A DNA stretch of 64,000 bases, from the NCBI GenBank assembly GCA_963703315.1, contig OY969811.1, forward strand, positions 3,584,001 through 3,648,000. Reading direction: 5' to 3'. Positions 8,237 through 17,928 of the stretch are shown here, in pieces; positions within the stretch are counted from its first letter, which is position 1, and each line of letters starts with the position of its first letter. A program made the position numbers and the translations under genes. The DNA comes from an uncultured cyanobacterium. Lineage in GTDB: Bacteria > Cyanobacteriota > Cyanobacteriia > Pseudanabaenales > Pseudanabaenaceae. A model generated the notes under the pieces. It was not told the DNA's origin. It did no database searches and worked only from the letters and a program-made list of their open reading frames with translations.

Positions 8237-9010
8237 TCAGCTAGATTGTTTAGCTAGCCAGTGCAACAGGACTAGTTCTAGGCTCTGGTTATTTTTATGC
8301 ATTTCCTGCTTGACCCATTGGGCGATCGCATCAATTGGCGAAAAACTGGAACCAGCTTGCCACTTCATATCGACACCCATAGAAGTGAGGTGAGTACCTT
8401 CAAGGGTTTGCAAGTTAACGGTTTTCGGGAATTTTTGCTTAAGTAACTGGGCAAGGGTCGAAATTTCATCGATGCCATCATCCACAAACTTGACTAATAA
8501 ATTATTGGCGGTTTGGTAATTGGCAATGATTAGCTGCTCGGTTTCCTTGGGGTTAGGCGTAAATTCCATAGATGACATTTCGGGAATTGTGCCAGCGAGT
8601 TCTTTAAAAAAGGGAATTGAGCGATCGGCGCTGTAGTTGTTATAGGCAATGTAAATGTTGCCTGCACGAGCGGGTTTATAGAGGCTATTGATCAATAGAT
8701 GAATTTTGCAGCCCATGCTATGACCCATCCCAAATACAGGGAAATAATCGAGAAATAGTTTACTGCGGGCTTTGCGAAATGAGGTGTGGACTTCGCGGGC
8801 AATTTGGCGATGGTCAAAGGTGTTATTGAGAAATGGAGTAGCTACGATCGCGTAGTTATTTTTGGCAAGTTGCTCTAGCACACGACCATAGGTAACATGG
8901 GGCGCAGCCGCAAAAAATGCCCCACCGAGAAAGTGAATTACGCCTTTAGGTTTGGGTGGTGTCAACACCCAATTTTCTTCGATTTGCTTCCACTCCATCG
9001 TTTTTGCCAC
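8237..9010 (-). CDS. DUF1350-family alpha/beta-hydrolase-fold protein
   Basis: PKGVIHFLGGAF, GHSMGCK nucleophile elbow. Confidence 0.8.
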   Translation of the reverse strand: MAKTMEWKQIEENWVLTPPKPKGVIHFLGGAFFAAAPHVTYGRVLEQLAKNNYAIVATPFLNNTFDHRQIAREVHTSFRKARSKLFLDYFPVFGMGHSMGCKIHLLINSLYKPARAGNIYIAYNNYSADRSIPFFKELAGTIPEMSSMEFTPNPKETEQLIIANYQTANNLLVKFVDDGIDEISTLAQLLKQKFPKTVNLQTLEGTHLTSMGVDMKWQAGSSFSPIDAIAQWVKQEMHKNNQSLELVLLHWLAKQSS

Positions 9011-9042
9011 TATTTACATTTCTTTATATTCATTCTACTGCT

Positions 9043-9111
9043 TAAAAAGGAGAGGCGATGCAAAGCATCGCCTCTCCTTTTTAAGCAGGACAAGGGGCTT
9101 AAGCCCCTTGT
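9043..9111. repeat. Two adjacent palindromes (terminator-like and REP-like)
   Basis: AAAAAGGAGAGGCGATGC-AAA-GCATCGCCTCTCCTTTTT and GACAAGGGGCTTAAGCCCCTTGTC. Confidence 0.8.
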
Positions 9112-9729
9112 CTATTCGCGATTTGGTTTATCGGCGGCGCGGTTTAGTAGCACGAGTGAGGCGACTAAACCGACAAAGTGGGCAAAGATAATATTGAAAC
9201 TAGCTTGAATAATTTGAAAATCGAGGGGCTGAATTACAGAGTTAAAGCTACCTGCGCCAGGTAATATTGCTTGTCCTTGTCCTGCTCTTAGAGTTAAAGC
9301 ACCAATAATCGCAAAGGCTCCCAGTAAAGTGACAAACATCCCAATCAGATTAATAATCAATCCGATTTTGATTTGAAATATAGTTTGGCTTTTTGTTGGG
9401 CGATCGGGCGATCGCAGCTTTTTTGCCATTTGCGTATAACGATAATTCCAGAAAATACTTGCACCTAATACAGCCACACCCACCCACGCAAAGCTCAGTC
9501 CTGGTAGTGTCGCAGGACTAGTATCTAGTCCTGTGGGATTGACTACTTGACCAGCCCTAGGAAATAAGAAAAGTTGCAATAAGACAACGGATGAAACTAC
9601 GCCCAAAACAACTTGCGCCCAAAAAGCAGTCCAGCCCCAGCGCCGAAATGCTAAAACAACGCGCAACACATTGGGTGAGACATCGTTGTTATCGTCTTCA
9701 TTTTGAGCATTTTTTAGTTCTCTGGGCAT
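9112..9729 (-). CDS. DUF3611 / Tic21-like membrane protein
   Basis: RRWGWTAFWAQVVLGVVS and NIIFAHFVGLVASL motifs, multiple TM segments. Confidence 0.75.
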   Translation of the reverse strand: MPRELKNAQNEDDNNDVSPNVLRVVLAFRRWGWTAFWAQVVLGVVSSVVLLQLFLFPRAGQVVNPTGLDTSPATLPGLSFAWVGVAVLGASIFWNYRYTQMAKKLRSPDRPTKSQTIFQIKIGLIINLIGMFVTLLGAFAIIGALTLRAGQGQAILPGAGSFNSVIQPLDFQIIQASFNIIFAHFVGLVASLVLLNRAADKPNRE

Positions 9730-9822
9730 TTTTTTAGTGGGGCTGCTTATAAAACCAGTAAATACTATAGCGTTTTCCGCTTTCTTCCAAAAAAGTAATC
9801 AGGGTGCAAAGCCCCCTAACTA

Positions 9823-10470
9823 CTAACAATATTTTGAGACATCTTCGCCTTTGTCAGCGAGATAACTGAGCGATCGAAAACGTAATCCCACCAGTTGATC
9901 ATATAGCGGATTAATTTCACACATGGCGGGAATGTGCATGATTTTGCGCCCAAACAAGACGATATCGCGCTCAAACGGACATTGAGCGGGTACAACTTTA
10001 CAAATTAGGTTCGCCAGTCGGGAATCATGGATATCCATGTGATCGAGCCATTCCTTGACAGGCTCTAACAGGTCAGGATGATGCTCTTCATGGTGTGAGG
10101 CTGATTCTAGTTTGATCCGTAATTCATTGATTGGAGTTATTTCTTGATCAAGGGCTGTACAAAATTCTTGAATGATGTGATCTTCTGTGTCTGTATATTT
10201 GCCATCGGCAAGTGCCATCATCACTGCCATTCGCAAAAAGTTCTGCCCGACGGCGCGATCGCTACCTAATGCCTCAGCTAACTCTTGGGCGCTAATCGGT
10301 TCAAAGCTAGAAATTGTAACTTCTTCCCCCCAGTCATCGCTATGACTAATTTGATCGAAGAGGGTACGCTCTTGGTCACTGTAATCATTGTCGGCGAGGG
10401 CAACGCTCATAAGCCCCCGTAACCAAGCTGAAATCTGTGCTTGTGTATAGGTCGGATGATCTGTTTTCAT
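9823..10470 (-). CDS. TerB-like plus Mo-dependent nitrogenase C-terminal domain protein
   Basis: ICKVVPAQCPFERDI...IPAMCEINPLYDQLVGLRFRSLSYLAD. Confidence 0.8.
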   Translation of the reverse strand: MKTDHPTYTQAQISAWLRGLMSVALADNDYSDQERTLFDQISHSDDWGEEVTISSFEPISAQELAEALGSDRAVGQNFLRMAVMMALADGKYTDTEDHIIQEFCTALDQEITPINELRIKLESASHHEEHHPDLLEPVKEWLDHMDIHDSRLANLICKVVPAQCPFERDIVLFGRKIMHIPAMCEINPLYDQLVGLRFRSLSYLADKGEDVSKYC

Positions 10471-10701
10471 AACAAGTCAGTCTACAGGTTGACTAAATCA
10501 TAGATTGCTTTGTCTTGAATTAGTGCAGTGACACCCTTAAAGAATGTTTAACAATTGTTATATAGCAAAAACATAGCCAAAAGTTTGACGCACGCTGCGC
10601 GTGCGTCAAACTTTTGGGATTTTATATTTAATGCATTTCACAGTTTAGTGAAGTATGGGATTTTTTTCCCGCCGAAGGCGGGAAAAAAATCCCATAGCTA
10701 T

Positions 10702-11235
10702 TTACATATTGGGAGAATACTGATTAGTTTGCTTAAATTTGCGTCGAACATAACGCAAGAAAGTCAACCATTTTTGAGCAGGATAATCATAAAATGAGAA
10801 AATATCACCAAAGGCGGCAAAGGCATTTTGATGGTGTAGCCAATGTCTTTCGGGAGTAGTGATAAAGAAGAAATCACAAAGATATCTAATAGGTTCTGGG
10901 GTTTTCCATTCAAGGATCGAGACGTGTCGCCACACTACATGAAACTCACCAAATAAAAGACCAATAACCGTGCCTACAGGCGACAATTGCCATAGCCAAG
11001 GCGTGAATATGAAATAAGGAACTGCTCCTAAAATACCATCTAGCAAAACGAGAGGGTTTCTGGTAAGAACTGCATAGTGCAGAAAGCTACGATTTTTACC
11101 ATGATGCACAATCGTATGAAACTTACCAAATACGTGTTCAGGAACATGGTACAAAAATGTTGAAAAGAAGTCTCCGATCAGCAGCAATAGTGCTACTGCT
11201 GTAATTGCTTTGACTAATTCTAAAATAACTTCCAA
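10702..11235 (-). CDS. Fatty acid hydroxylase / sterol desaturase family protein
   Basis: His clusters YHVPEH, HTIVHH, HVVWRH, HWLHH. Confidence 0.75.
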   Translation of the reverse strand: MEVILELVKAITAVALLLLIGDFFSTFLYHVPEHVFGKFHTIVHHGKNRSFLHYAVLTRNPLVLLDGILGAVPYFIFTPWLWQLSPVGTVIGLLFGEFHVVWRHVSILEWKTPEPIRYLCDFFFITTPERHWLHHQNAFAAFGDIFSFYDYPAQKWLTFLRYVRRKFKQTNQYSPNM

Positions 11236-11379
11236 AGTACATCCTCACAACTTAACTTAAGATTAAGAGATGAAGTTAAAGCTAGGTTTATATTCAGGTT
11301 AAAAATAGAAGTAGTAATTTGAAATATGGCTTTTGCCATTTGATAAGTAGCTAGGCATAAGAAAACTCAAAATAGGAAG

Positions 11380-11480
11380 TAAGTAGCTGGGCATTAAAAC
11401 CCATAGCCAAAACCTGTGACGCACGCGCAGCGTGCGCCACAGGTTTTTGGGTTTTATATTTAATTGCGCCCACCTACTTA
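11380..11480. mobile_element. MITE-like element (TIR TAAGTAGSTGGGC) with internal GC-rich palindrome
   Basis: TAAGTAGCTGGGC...GCCCACCTACTTA termini; core CCTGTGACGCACGC-GCA-GCGTGCGCCACAGG; related copies at about 10560, 26620, 31315 and 63960. Confidence 0.65.
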
Positions 11481-11518
11481 TTAGGACACAAAACTGGAGA
11501 CAGCTATAAATCTAGTTT

Positions 11519-11950
11519 TTAATCTTGCGATGAAGTTTTCGCTAGGCGATCGCTTAAAAAGCGATACCAGTCTGAAGCGATACTGGTATCTGTAAATCGA
11601 ATACTAGGCATTTCACCAGTTTTTAGAACTAATTCCAATGAGATTTTTTTAGCATTTATCGGAAATTCAGCATCTTTTTCATCAAAAAACTTACTGTCAA
11701 TCCGAAATCTAATCCGAGAAATTTCTTGAAAAGTGACGGTCTGAAGATCTTGCGGAGCTTTGCGGGTTGGCTTTCCCCATGTGAGGCGATCGCCTTGTTG
11801 ACCTAATACAGCATAAATATCATATTTATGACGCTCAAATTGTGCCGCCCACTTTTTATAGGACTCAATTTTTTGGTATTCATTCCAACCAGACCATGCT
11901 AGCCAAAAGAAAACCACCAATAAAGGCAACCACAATAATCCACGTTCCAT
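11519..11950 (-). CDS. Conserved cyanobacterial hypothetical membrane-anchored protein
   Basis: MERGLLWLPLL...GWNEYQKIESY...KYDIYAVLG N-terminus typical of a cyanobacterial family. Confidence 0.7.
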   Translation of the reverse strand: MERGLLWLPLLVVFFWLAWSGWNEYQKIESYKKWAAQFERHKYDIYAVLGQQGDRLTWGKPTRKAPQDLQTVTFQEISRIRFRIDSKFFDEKDAEFPINAKKISLELVLKTGEMPSIRFTDTSIASDWYRFLSDRLAKTSSQD

Positions 11951-12019
11951 AGATTAAAAATTTAGTTTATGTATTAAAAAAGTCTACCCCGCAAAGCAGG
12001 GTAAACTTTTTGTTAATTA

Positions 12020-12093
12020 CGAGTATGGAGGGACTCGAACCCCCGACCCTCAGAACCGGAATCTGATGCTCTATCCAACTGAGCTACATACCC
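12020..12093 (-). tRNA. tRNA-Arg(CCG)
   Basis: Reverse complement GGGTATGTAGCTCAGTTGGATAGAGCATCAGATT-CCG-GTTCTGAGGGTCGGGGGTTCGAGTCCCTCCATACTCG folds as a cloverleaf. Confidence 0.95.
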
Positions 12094-12158
12094 ATACTCA
12101 AAGCAATCATACCATAGCAAAAGGTTAAGGGCTACTTATCAGCAAATAGCGATCGCCT

Positions 12159-12659
12159 TTACTGTAAATGTAATAGCGAAAGTTGATAGTAACTTTCGGC
12201 ATGGGCGATCGCCTGTTGTTGTTCTTCTTCTGAAAGCTCGCGCATCACTTTCGCAGGGACACCTGCCACCACCACACCAGCAGGTACATCTTTAGTCACC
12301 ACTGCCCCCGCACCAACAATACTCCCTGCGCCAATCTTTACCCCTTCTAATAGAATTGCTCCCATCCCAATTAGAGAGCCACGTCCAATTTCGGCACAGT
12401 GAATCACTGCTCGATGTCCAATTGTCACATATTCACCAATGGTTAAAGGCTGGTCTGGATCACCATGCAAGATTGCCCCATCCTGAATATTTGTGCAGTA
12501 ACCAATTTCCATGCGATTGACATCGGCTCTGATCACCACTTTGTACCAGATATTCACACGTTCAGCGAGATGCACATCGCCCATCACTACCGCATCCTTA
12601 GCGATAAATGCAGCACGAGAGAGATCAGGAGTAGGTAGTTGCGAGTAAGGGAGACGCAT
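12159..12659 (-). CDS. Gamma-carbonic anhydrase-like hexapeptide-repeat protein
   Basis: [23 protein letters not shown] metal-ligand motifs. Confidence 0.88.
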   Translation of the reverse strand: MRLPYSQLPTPDLSRAAFIAKDAVVMGDVHLAERVNIWYKVVIRADVNRMEIGYCTNIQDGAILHGDPDQPLTIGEYVTIGHRAVIHCAEIGRGSLIGMGAILLEGVKIGAGSIVGAGAVVTKDVPAGVVVAGVPAKVMRELSEEEQQQAIAHAESYYQLSLLHLQ

Positions 12660-12732
12660 ATTGTAATCATTATTATAGAAGAGCGCTAAGCGCTCTTCTA
12701 TAATAATCAGTAATTCTGCCAGCTAATCACCT

Positions 12733-14535
12733 ATGTCCCAATCTCCTGCTTTAGCCCAAGCTCCAGTACAGACTGAAGATTTATTGCTTTCGGTGCATAA
12801 CTTACAGGTTAGTTTTCGTGGCGATGAAGGTATTGTCCATGCTGTTAAAAATATTTCTTTTGATTTGGCTCAAGGTCAGACTCTAGGCATTGTTGGTGAA
12901 TCTGGCTCTGGCAAGTCGGCAACGGCTTTAGCAATCATGGGTTTGTTGGGAGAATCTGGCAAAATTACGAATGGGGAAGTGATTTTTCGCCCCAGTGGCG
13001 AAGTACCGCTTGATCTGGTGCGCGTGTCACAACAGAAAATGCTGAAATATCGTGGCGATCGCATGGCAATGGTATTTCAGGAACCAATGACCTCACTCAA
13101 TCCCTTATTTACCTGTGGCTATCAGGTCATCGAAGCCATTCGCTTACATCAACAGGTTTCACCGCAGGAAGCGGAGACACGCACGATTCGGCTATTTGAG
13201 GAGGTGCAGTTACCTAATCCTGAGCAATTAATCGAACGCTATCCCCATGAGCTTTCGGGTGGACAATTGCAACGGGTGATGATTGCGATGGCGATTTCTT
13301 GCAATCCGCAGTTGATTATTGCCGATGAACCAACAACGGCGCTAGATGTGACTGTCCAAGCGACAATTTTGGAACTGCTCAAAGAAATTCAGCGATCGCG
13401 TCAGATGTCGATGATTTTTATTACGCATGACTTGGGGATTTTGGCAGCAATTGCGGATCAGGCGATCGTTATGAATCAAGGGGAAGTGGTGGAATCTGGC
13501 GCGACCAAGGATATCTTCCAAAATCCTCAACATCCTTATACTAAGGGTTTAATTGCTTGCCGTCCGCAACCCGATCGCCAATTGCGACTATTGCCAACGG
13601 TGAGCGACTTTATGGAAGTCCAAAATGGACAGATGGTGGAAAAGGAACCGAGTGATCCTCGTTATATGGAAGTTATCCCTCCTGAAGAAACGGCGGCACG
13701 TTTGGAGGAATTGCAAAAACAAGAGCCAATTCTTTCTGTTCAGAATCTGAGAATTGAGTTCCCTATTCGCAGCGTTTTAGGACTAAAAAAGCGCTATCTC
13801 GTGGCTGTCAATAACATTAGTTTTGATGTCTATCGCGGTGAAACTCTGGGACTGGTGGGCGAGTCTGGCTGTGGAAAAACCACTACGGGCAGAGCGATTT
13901 TGGGCTTAACTAAGGGTGTGATGGGTTCCGTTAAATTTGAAGGTCAACAAATCTCTAATCTCAAAGGAGAAGCCTTACAAAGGTTACGCTGCGATCTGCA
14001 AGTTGTCTTTCAAGATCCTTACGGCTCTCTCAATCCGCGTATGTCTGTGGGAGATGCGATCGCGGAACCATTAATCGTCCATAGTCATCAAGAACGTTTT
14101 GATCGTTATCATAAAGCTGACGCGAGAAGAGAGAGAGTTGCCTATTTACTGGAGCGTGTGGGTTTAACTAAGAGTGCGATGCGGCGCTATCCCCATGAGT
14201 TTTCGGGTGGTCAACGTCAGCGTATTTGTATCGCTAGAGCTTTAGCTCTCAATCCTAAGTTAATCATTGCTGATGAGCCTGTCTCTGCGCTGGATGTATC
14301 GGTACAGGCGCAAGTTCTCAATCTCTTAAAGGAACTTCAAGCGGAGTTTGGATTGACTTATATTTTCATTTCCCATGATCTTGGTGTGGTGAAGTTTATG
14401 AGCGATCGCATTATGGTGATGAACAAGGGCGAAATTGTGGAGCTAGACACTGCTGAGTCGATCTACACTAATCCTCAACAGCCTTATACGCAAAAGTTGA
14501 TTAGCGCTATTCCTAAAGCTTTAGTTTTTAATTAG
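12733..14535 (+). CDS. Peptide/nickel ABC transporter ATP-binding protein with duplicated ATPase domains
   Basis: Two GESGxGK Walker A motifs and two YPHExSGGQ signatures. Confidence 0.9.
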   Translation: MSQSPALAQAPVQTEDLLLSVHNLQVSFRGDEGIVHAVKNISFDLAQGQTLGIVGESGSGKSATALAIMGLLGESGKITNGEVIFRPSGEVPLDLVRVSQQKMLKYRGDRMAMVFQEPMTSLNPLFTCGYQVIEAIRLHQQVSPQEAETRTIRLFEEVQLPNPEQLIERYPHELSGGQLQRVMIAMAISCNPQLIIADEPTTALDVTVQATILELLKEIQRSRQMSMIFITHDLGILAAIADQAIVMNQGEVVESGATKDIFQNPQHPYTKGLIACRPQPDRQLRLLPTVSDFMEVQNGQMVEKEPSDPRYMEVIPPEETAARLEELQKQEPILSVQNLRIEFPIRSVLGLKKRYLVAVNNISFDVYRGETLGLVGESGCGKTTTGRAILGLTKGVMGSVKFEGQQISNLKGEALQRLRCDLQVVFQDPYGSLNPRMSVGDAIAEPLIVHSHQERFDRYHKADARRERVAYLLERVGLTKSAMRRYPHEFSGGQRQRICIARALALNPKLIIADEPVSALDVSVQAQVLNLLKELQAEFGLTYIFISHDLGVVKFMSDRIMVMNKGEIVELDTAESIYTNPQQPYTQKLISAIPKALVFN

Positions 14536-16393
14536 GGTTTTTCCACAACTTAGTCCAAAGGCGATAAAACCAATCAAAGATTTTCTGAAAGAGATTTTTA
14601 CGGCGGAGACGTTTGCGAGGTGTGGGTTTAGGATCTGGCATCGATTTCTTATACCAGTCTGGCAACTCTTCTGGTTCATCCTTAATTTGGAAACGCTTAG
14701 GTTCTTTGGCGACAGTTTCTAAAGGTGCAAAGGATTTACTTGAGTTCTTAATCTCATGATAAAGTCCCAATTCTTCATATATCTTTCTTGAAGCATTGAA
14801 AGCCTCTATGGACTCACCCCTACGACCTAATGCTTTGAGGGCAATTCCTAAGTTATAAATAGAGTCTGCTTCATGATTGCGATCACCGATTTCTCTTCTG
14901 ATTTCTAGAGACTGGCGATGAAACTGAATTGCTTGCTGGTATTGACCTAGTGAATAGTAAGCATTTCCTAAACCAGTAAGAGAAACTGCTTCACCATTAC
15001 GATCACCAATTTCTCTACAAATTGCCAGAGACTGCTGATAAAAATTAATCGCTTGCTGGTACTGTCCTAAATTTCGGTAAGCTTCACCTAGATTATTGAA
15101 AGAGCCTGCTTCAACACATAGATTGCCTATTTCTCTAGCAATTTCTAGAGACTGCTGATGGAACTGAATTGCTTGCTGGTACTGCTCTAGTGAATTGTAA
15201 GCAAGTCCTATATTACCAAGAGAATTTGCTTCACCGTCAAGATTTCCTATTTCTCTAACAATTTCTAGAGACTGCTGATGGAAATGAATTGCTTGCTGGT
15301 ACTGCCCTAATAATTTATAAGCAACGCCTAGATTGCCAAGAGAAGCTGCTTCACTATTGCGATCATCTATTTCTCTAAAAATTTTCAGAGCCTGCTCATA
15401 AAATTGAATAGCTTGCTGGTACTGACTTATTGAACAGTAGGCATTGCCTAGATTGCCAAGAGAAGCTGCTTCACCATTGCGATCATCTATTTCTCTTTTA
15501 ATCTCCAGAGATTGCTGATGAAACTGAATTGCTTGCTGGTACTGACTTATTGAATAGTAAGCATTGCCTAACCAATTGAGAGATATTGCTTCACCCTTAC
15601 GGTTCGACATTTTTCGGGATATTTCTAATGCTTGTTGAAAAAATTCAATAGCTTGATTAAACTCACTCAAACTATAGTAAGCAGTCCCTAATTCATTCAA
15701 AATATTAATCTGACTTGCAACATTGCGATTTGATTCTGGATCGGAACCAGATGGATTAACCTCCATTAATAACCGATGCAATAGATCAATGCGTTCTTGC
15801 TTTTCAGGTTTGATATAACTACCTTGAATACGACCATCAAATATTTTCGCTACAGCAAACTCCCTTGCTTCCTGCGTAGTCTGAAACTTAAATACCCCCG
15901 ATCGCCATGCCCAAAAATCCCCTGCAAACTGAGCGAACCGAGTAATCGCATAGTCAGGCAACACAAACAGCACAGGATACGGCACATTCTTGATATAGGC
16001 ATCCCGCACAAAATTGAGATCCACCAAAAACCTAGGATAGTCACCCACTACTGCGATCGCATTTTCCAAACCCCGCAACACCAAGATTAACTTCTTCCCT
16101 TCCTGTCGAGGCAACACCGCCAAGCGCGGCATCAACTCATCCAACAAATACCGCAACTCAGGATCATTAAACTCCCAATCCACAATCTGCAACTCTGCCC
16201 ACTCAGGATCAGCCGCAATCTCCTCATTCAGCGCCGCCACCAACGCCACCCCATCCTGCCAAAAATTACATTCTGCCAGCGCGATCGTAAACCCATCCGA
16301 CAAATCCAACAAAGACAACAATTCCTGAATCTCTTGACGATTCAGCACCGCAAAATCCGGCTTATTGTCATTCTCGTCATCAAAATCATTCAT
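14528..16393 (-). CDS. Tetratricopeptide-repeat protein with a degenerate NTPase-like N-terminal domain
   Basis: About 8 tandem 40-aa (120-bp) TPR units (EAxSLGNLGxAY...QYQQAIQFHQQSLEI); N-terminus ends in GDFWAWRSGVF. Confidence 0.85.
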   Translation of the reverse strand: MNDFDDENDNKPDFAVLNRQEIQELLSLLDLSDGFTIALAECNFWQDGVALVAALNEEIAADPEWAELQIVDWEFNDPELRYLLDELMPRLAVLPRQEGKKLILVLRGLENAIAVVGDYPRFLVDLNFVRDAYIKNVPYPVLFVLPDYAITRFAQFAGDFWAWRSGVFKFQTTQEAREFAVAKIFDGRIQGSYIKPEKQERIDLLHRLLMEVNPSGSDPESNRNVASQINILNELGTAYYSLSEFNQAIEFFQQALEISRKMSNRKGEAISLNWLGNAYYSISQYQQAIQFHQQSLEIKREIDDRNGEAASLGNLGNAYCSISQYQQAIQFYEQALKIFREIDDRNSEAASLGNLGVAYKLLGQYQQAIHFHQQSLEIVREIGNLDGEANSLGNIGLAYNSLEQYQQAIQFHQQSLEIAREIGNLCVEAGSFNNLGEAYRNLGQYQQAINFYQQSLAICREIGDRNGEAVSLTGLGNAYYSLGQYQQAIQFHRQSLEIRREIGDRNHEADSIYNLGIALKALGRRGESIEAFNASRKIYEELGLYHEIKNSSKSFAPLETVAKEPKRFQIKDEPEELPDWYKKSMPDPKPTPRKRLRRKNLFQKIFDWFYRLWTKLWKNPN

Positions 16394-16414
16394 AGTTTAA
16401 TCCTAACAATCTAC

Positions 16415-17806
16415 TTACTGCGGATTCTTAGATCGATAACTCTCTAATGCCCTCGAAAACAAACGGCTTCTAATAATCACTGGATTCAAATAATTCCAAC
16501 GATTCAGACCGTTATATTCTAATACTGAAATATTTGACAGCATCGCCTGTCCAATGTCATCCCTTGGAGCATTTTTACTTAAATAAACCTTTGCCAAAAC
16601 TGGATAATGCTCATCAGGAATCACCCGTTCAAAATTGAACTGCTCTTGATTAATCGCATAATTAATATGCTCATCATTCACCTTACTTGCCCGACTCGTC
16701 CTCGCATTTTGAATTGCCCCTCGCACCATTTGCATCATCTGCCGTACATGACCACCACTATATTTTGCTAGCTCAACTAGCCCCTGCCGCGACTCAAAAA
16801 TTGCATCAACATCAACCCGCTTTTCGATCAAACTCACCACCGCATTTAATCCCTTATTGCTATACGGCGGCTCTTGATCACTGGGAACTAGAGGATCATA
16901 GTCGTAAATATTAATCATCGGAATGATGTTGTACTTTGCAAACGCATTATTAATATTTTTGGAAGAATAAACTACAGAAATCGGTACAGTATAAACAATC
17001 GTGCAATGTAAATCCTTGAGTTGAGCAGCATAATCAAAAAACAAATGATTTGCCACATTCACAGGACAACGATCTAAATTATCAAAAATAATTAAAAATC
17101 CCTTGCATTTAGGGAATTTTCGTTGCCACTTTTTTAACCCATCATCTAACAACAAATTTATATCTGTTTTCAATCGCGAAACATCTTTAAGCAAAGTTTG
17201 GCGCACCGTCTTTTTGCCCTGATGAGAAGCTTTCACTTGTCCTAATAACTTCACTACTAGCTTTGCTAAAAATGGTGGCGCGATCGCAATAATTCCTTCC
17301 AATGGATTCTTGCTACTCAGAGTTACTTCCCCTTCAATTGCGATCGATTTATCAACCGATTCTACGGTTTCATTCGTAATCTCTTTAAACCATTGCTCAA
17401 AATTTGCCAGCAATCCAGCATCAAAACTCAACCCGTTACGCCGTAATTCAAATTCCACCCACTTGATTACGATTAAATAGATATCCGTATATTCGGCATC
17501 ATTAATGTCTGTCTCCAGCATCGCATCAACATAAATGACCTTATATTCGTCTCCCCATTGATTCTGAATTTGACGTAATTCCGTACTTTTGCCACAACCT
17601 TTATGACCAGTAAACAAAATCGTACTAAATTCCGATGCTTCCTGATCCTCTAAAACCAAGCTGATCTCACCGATCGCATTAGTCTTGCGTGTTTCTGACA
17701 GATCTACATAATAGCGCTCTAGCAATTCATCCTGAAGCGGAACCACATCACATACACGATAGGCATCCTTGAGATTGTCGGCTAGTGGGTAAGATGAAGT
17801 TGTCAT
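16415..17806 (-). CDS. P-loop ATPase (AAA+/STAND/KAP-like)
   Basis: Walker A FTGHKGCGKST, Walker B LIIFDNLDR, YSGGHVR motif; start likely the ATG at 17806. Confidence 0.85.
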   Translation of the reverse strand: MTTSSYPLADNLKDAYRVCDVVPLQDELLERYYVDLSETRKTNAIGEISLVLEDQEASEFSTILFTGHKGCGKSTELRQIQNQWGDEYKVIYVDAMLETDINDAEYTDIYLIVIKWVEFELRRNGLSFDAGLLANFEQWFKEITNETVESVDKSIAIEGEVTLSSKNPLEGIIAIAPPFLAKLVVKLLGQVKASHQGKKTVRQTLLKDVSRLKTDINLLLDDGLKKWQRKFPKCKGFLIIFDNLDRCPVNVANHLFFDYAAQLKDLHCTIVYTVPISVVYSSKNINNAFAKYNIIPMINIYDYDPLVPSDQEPPYSNKGLNAVVSLIEKRVDVDAIFESRQGLVELAKYSGGHVRQMMQMVRGAIQNARTSRASKVNDEHINYAINQEQFNFERVIPDEHYPVLAKVYLSKNAPRDDIGQAMLSNISVLEYNGLNRWNYLNPVIIRSRLFSRALESYRSKNPQ

Positions 17807-17873
17807 AGGTTTCTGAGATTTGTGACAAGGCGATCGCAACAGGTAGCCTTCAAATTATAAAGCTTACACAAAA

Positions 17874-17917
17874 AACAAAACGTAGGGACAATTTATGAAT
17901 TGCCCCTACGTTTTGTT
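17874..17917. repeat. GTAG-type REP palindrome
   Basis: AACAAAACGTAGGGACAATTTATGAATTGCCCCTACGTTTTGTT; relatives at 21435 and 43207. Confidence 0.8.
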
Positions 17918-17928
17918 CTATCAGGAAT

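Noticed and set aside
14870..15700. 120-bp periodic DNA repeats
   Set aside because: Fully explained by the TPR coding repeats; not an independent repeat element.
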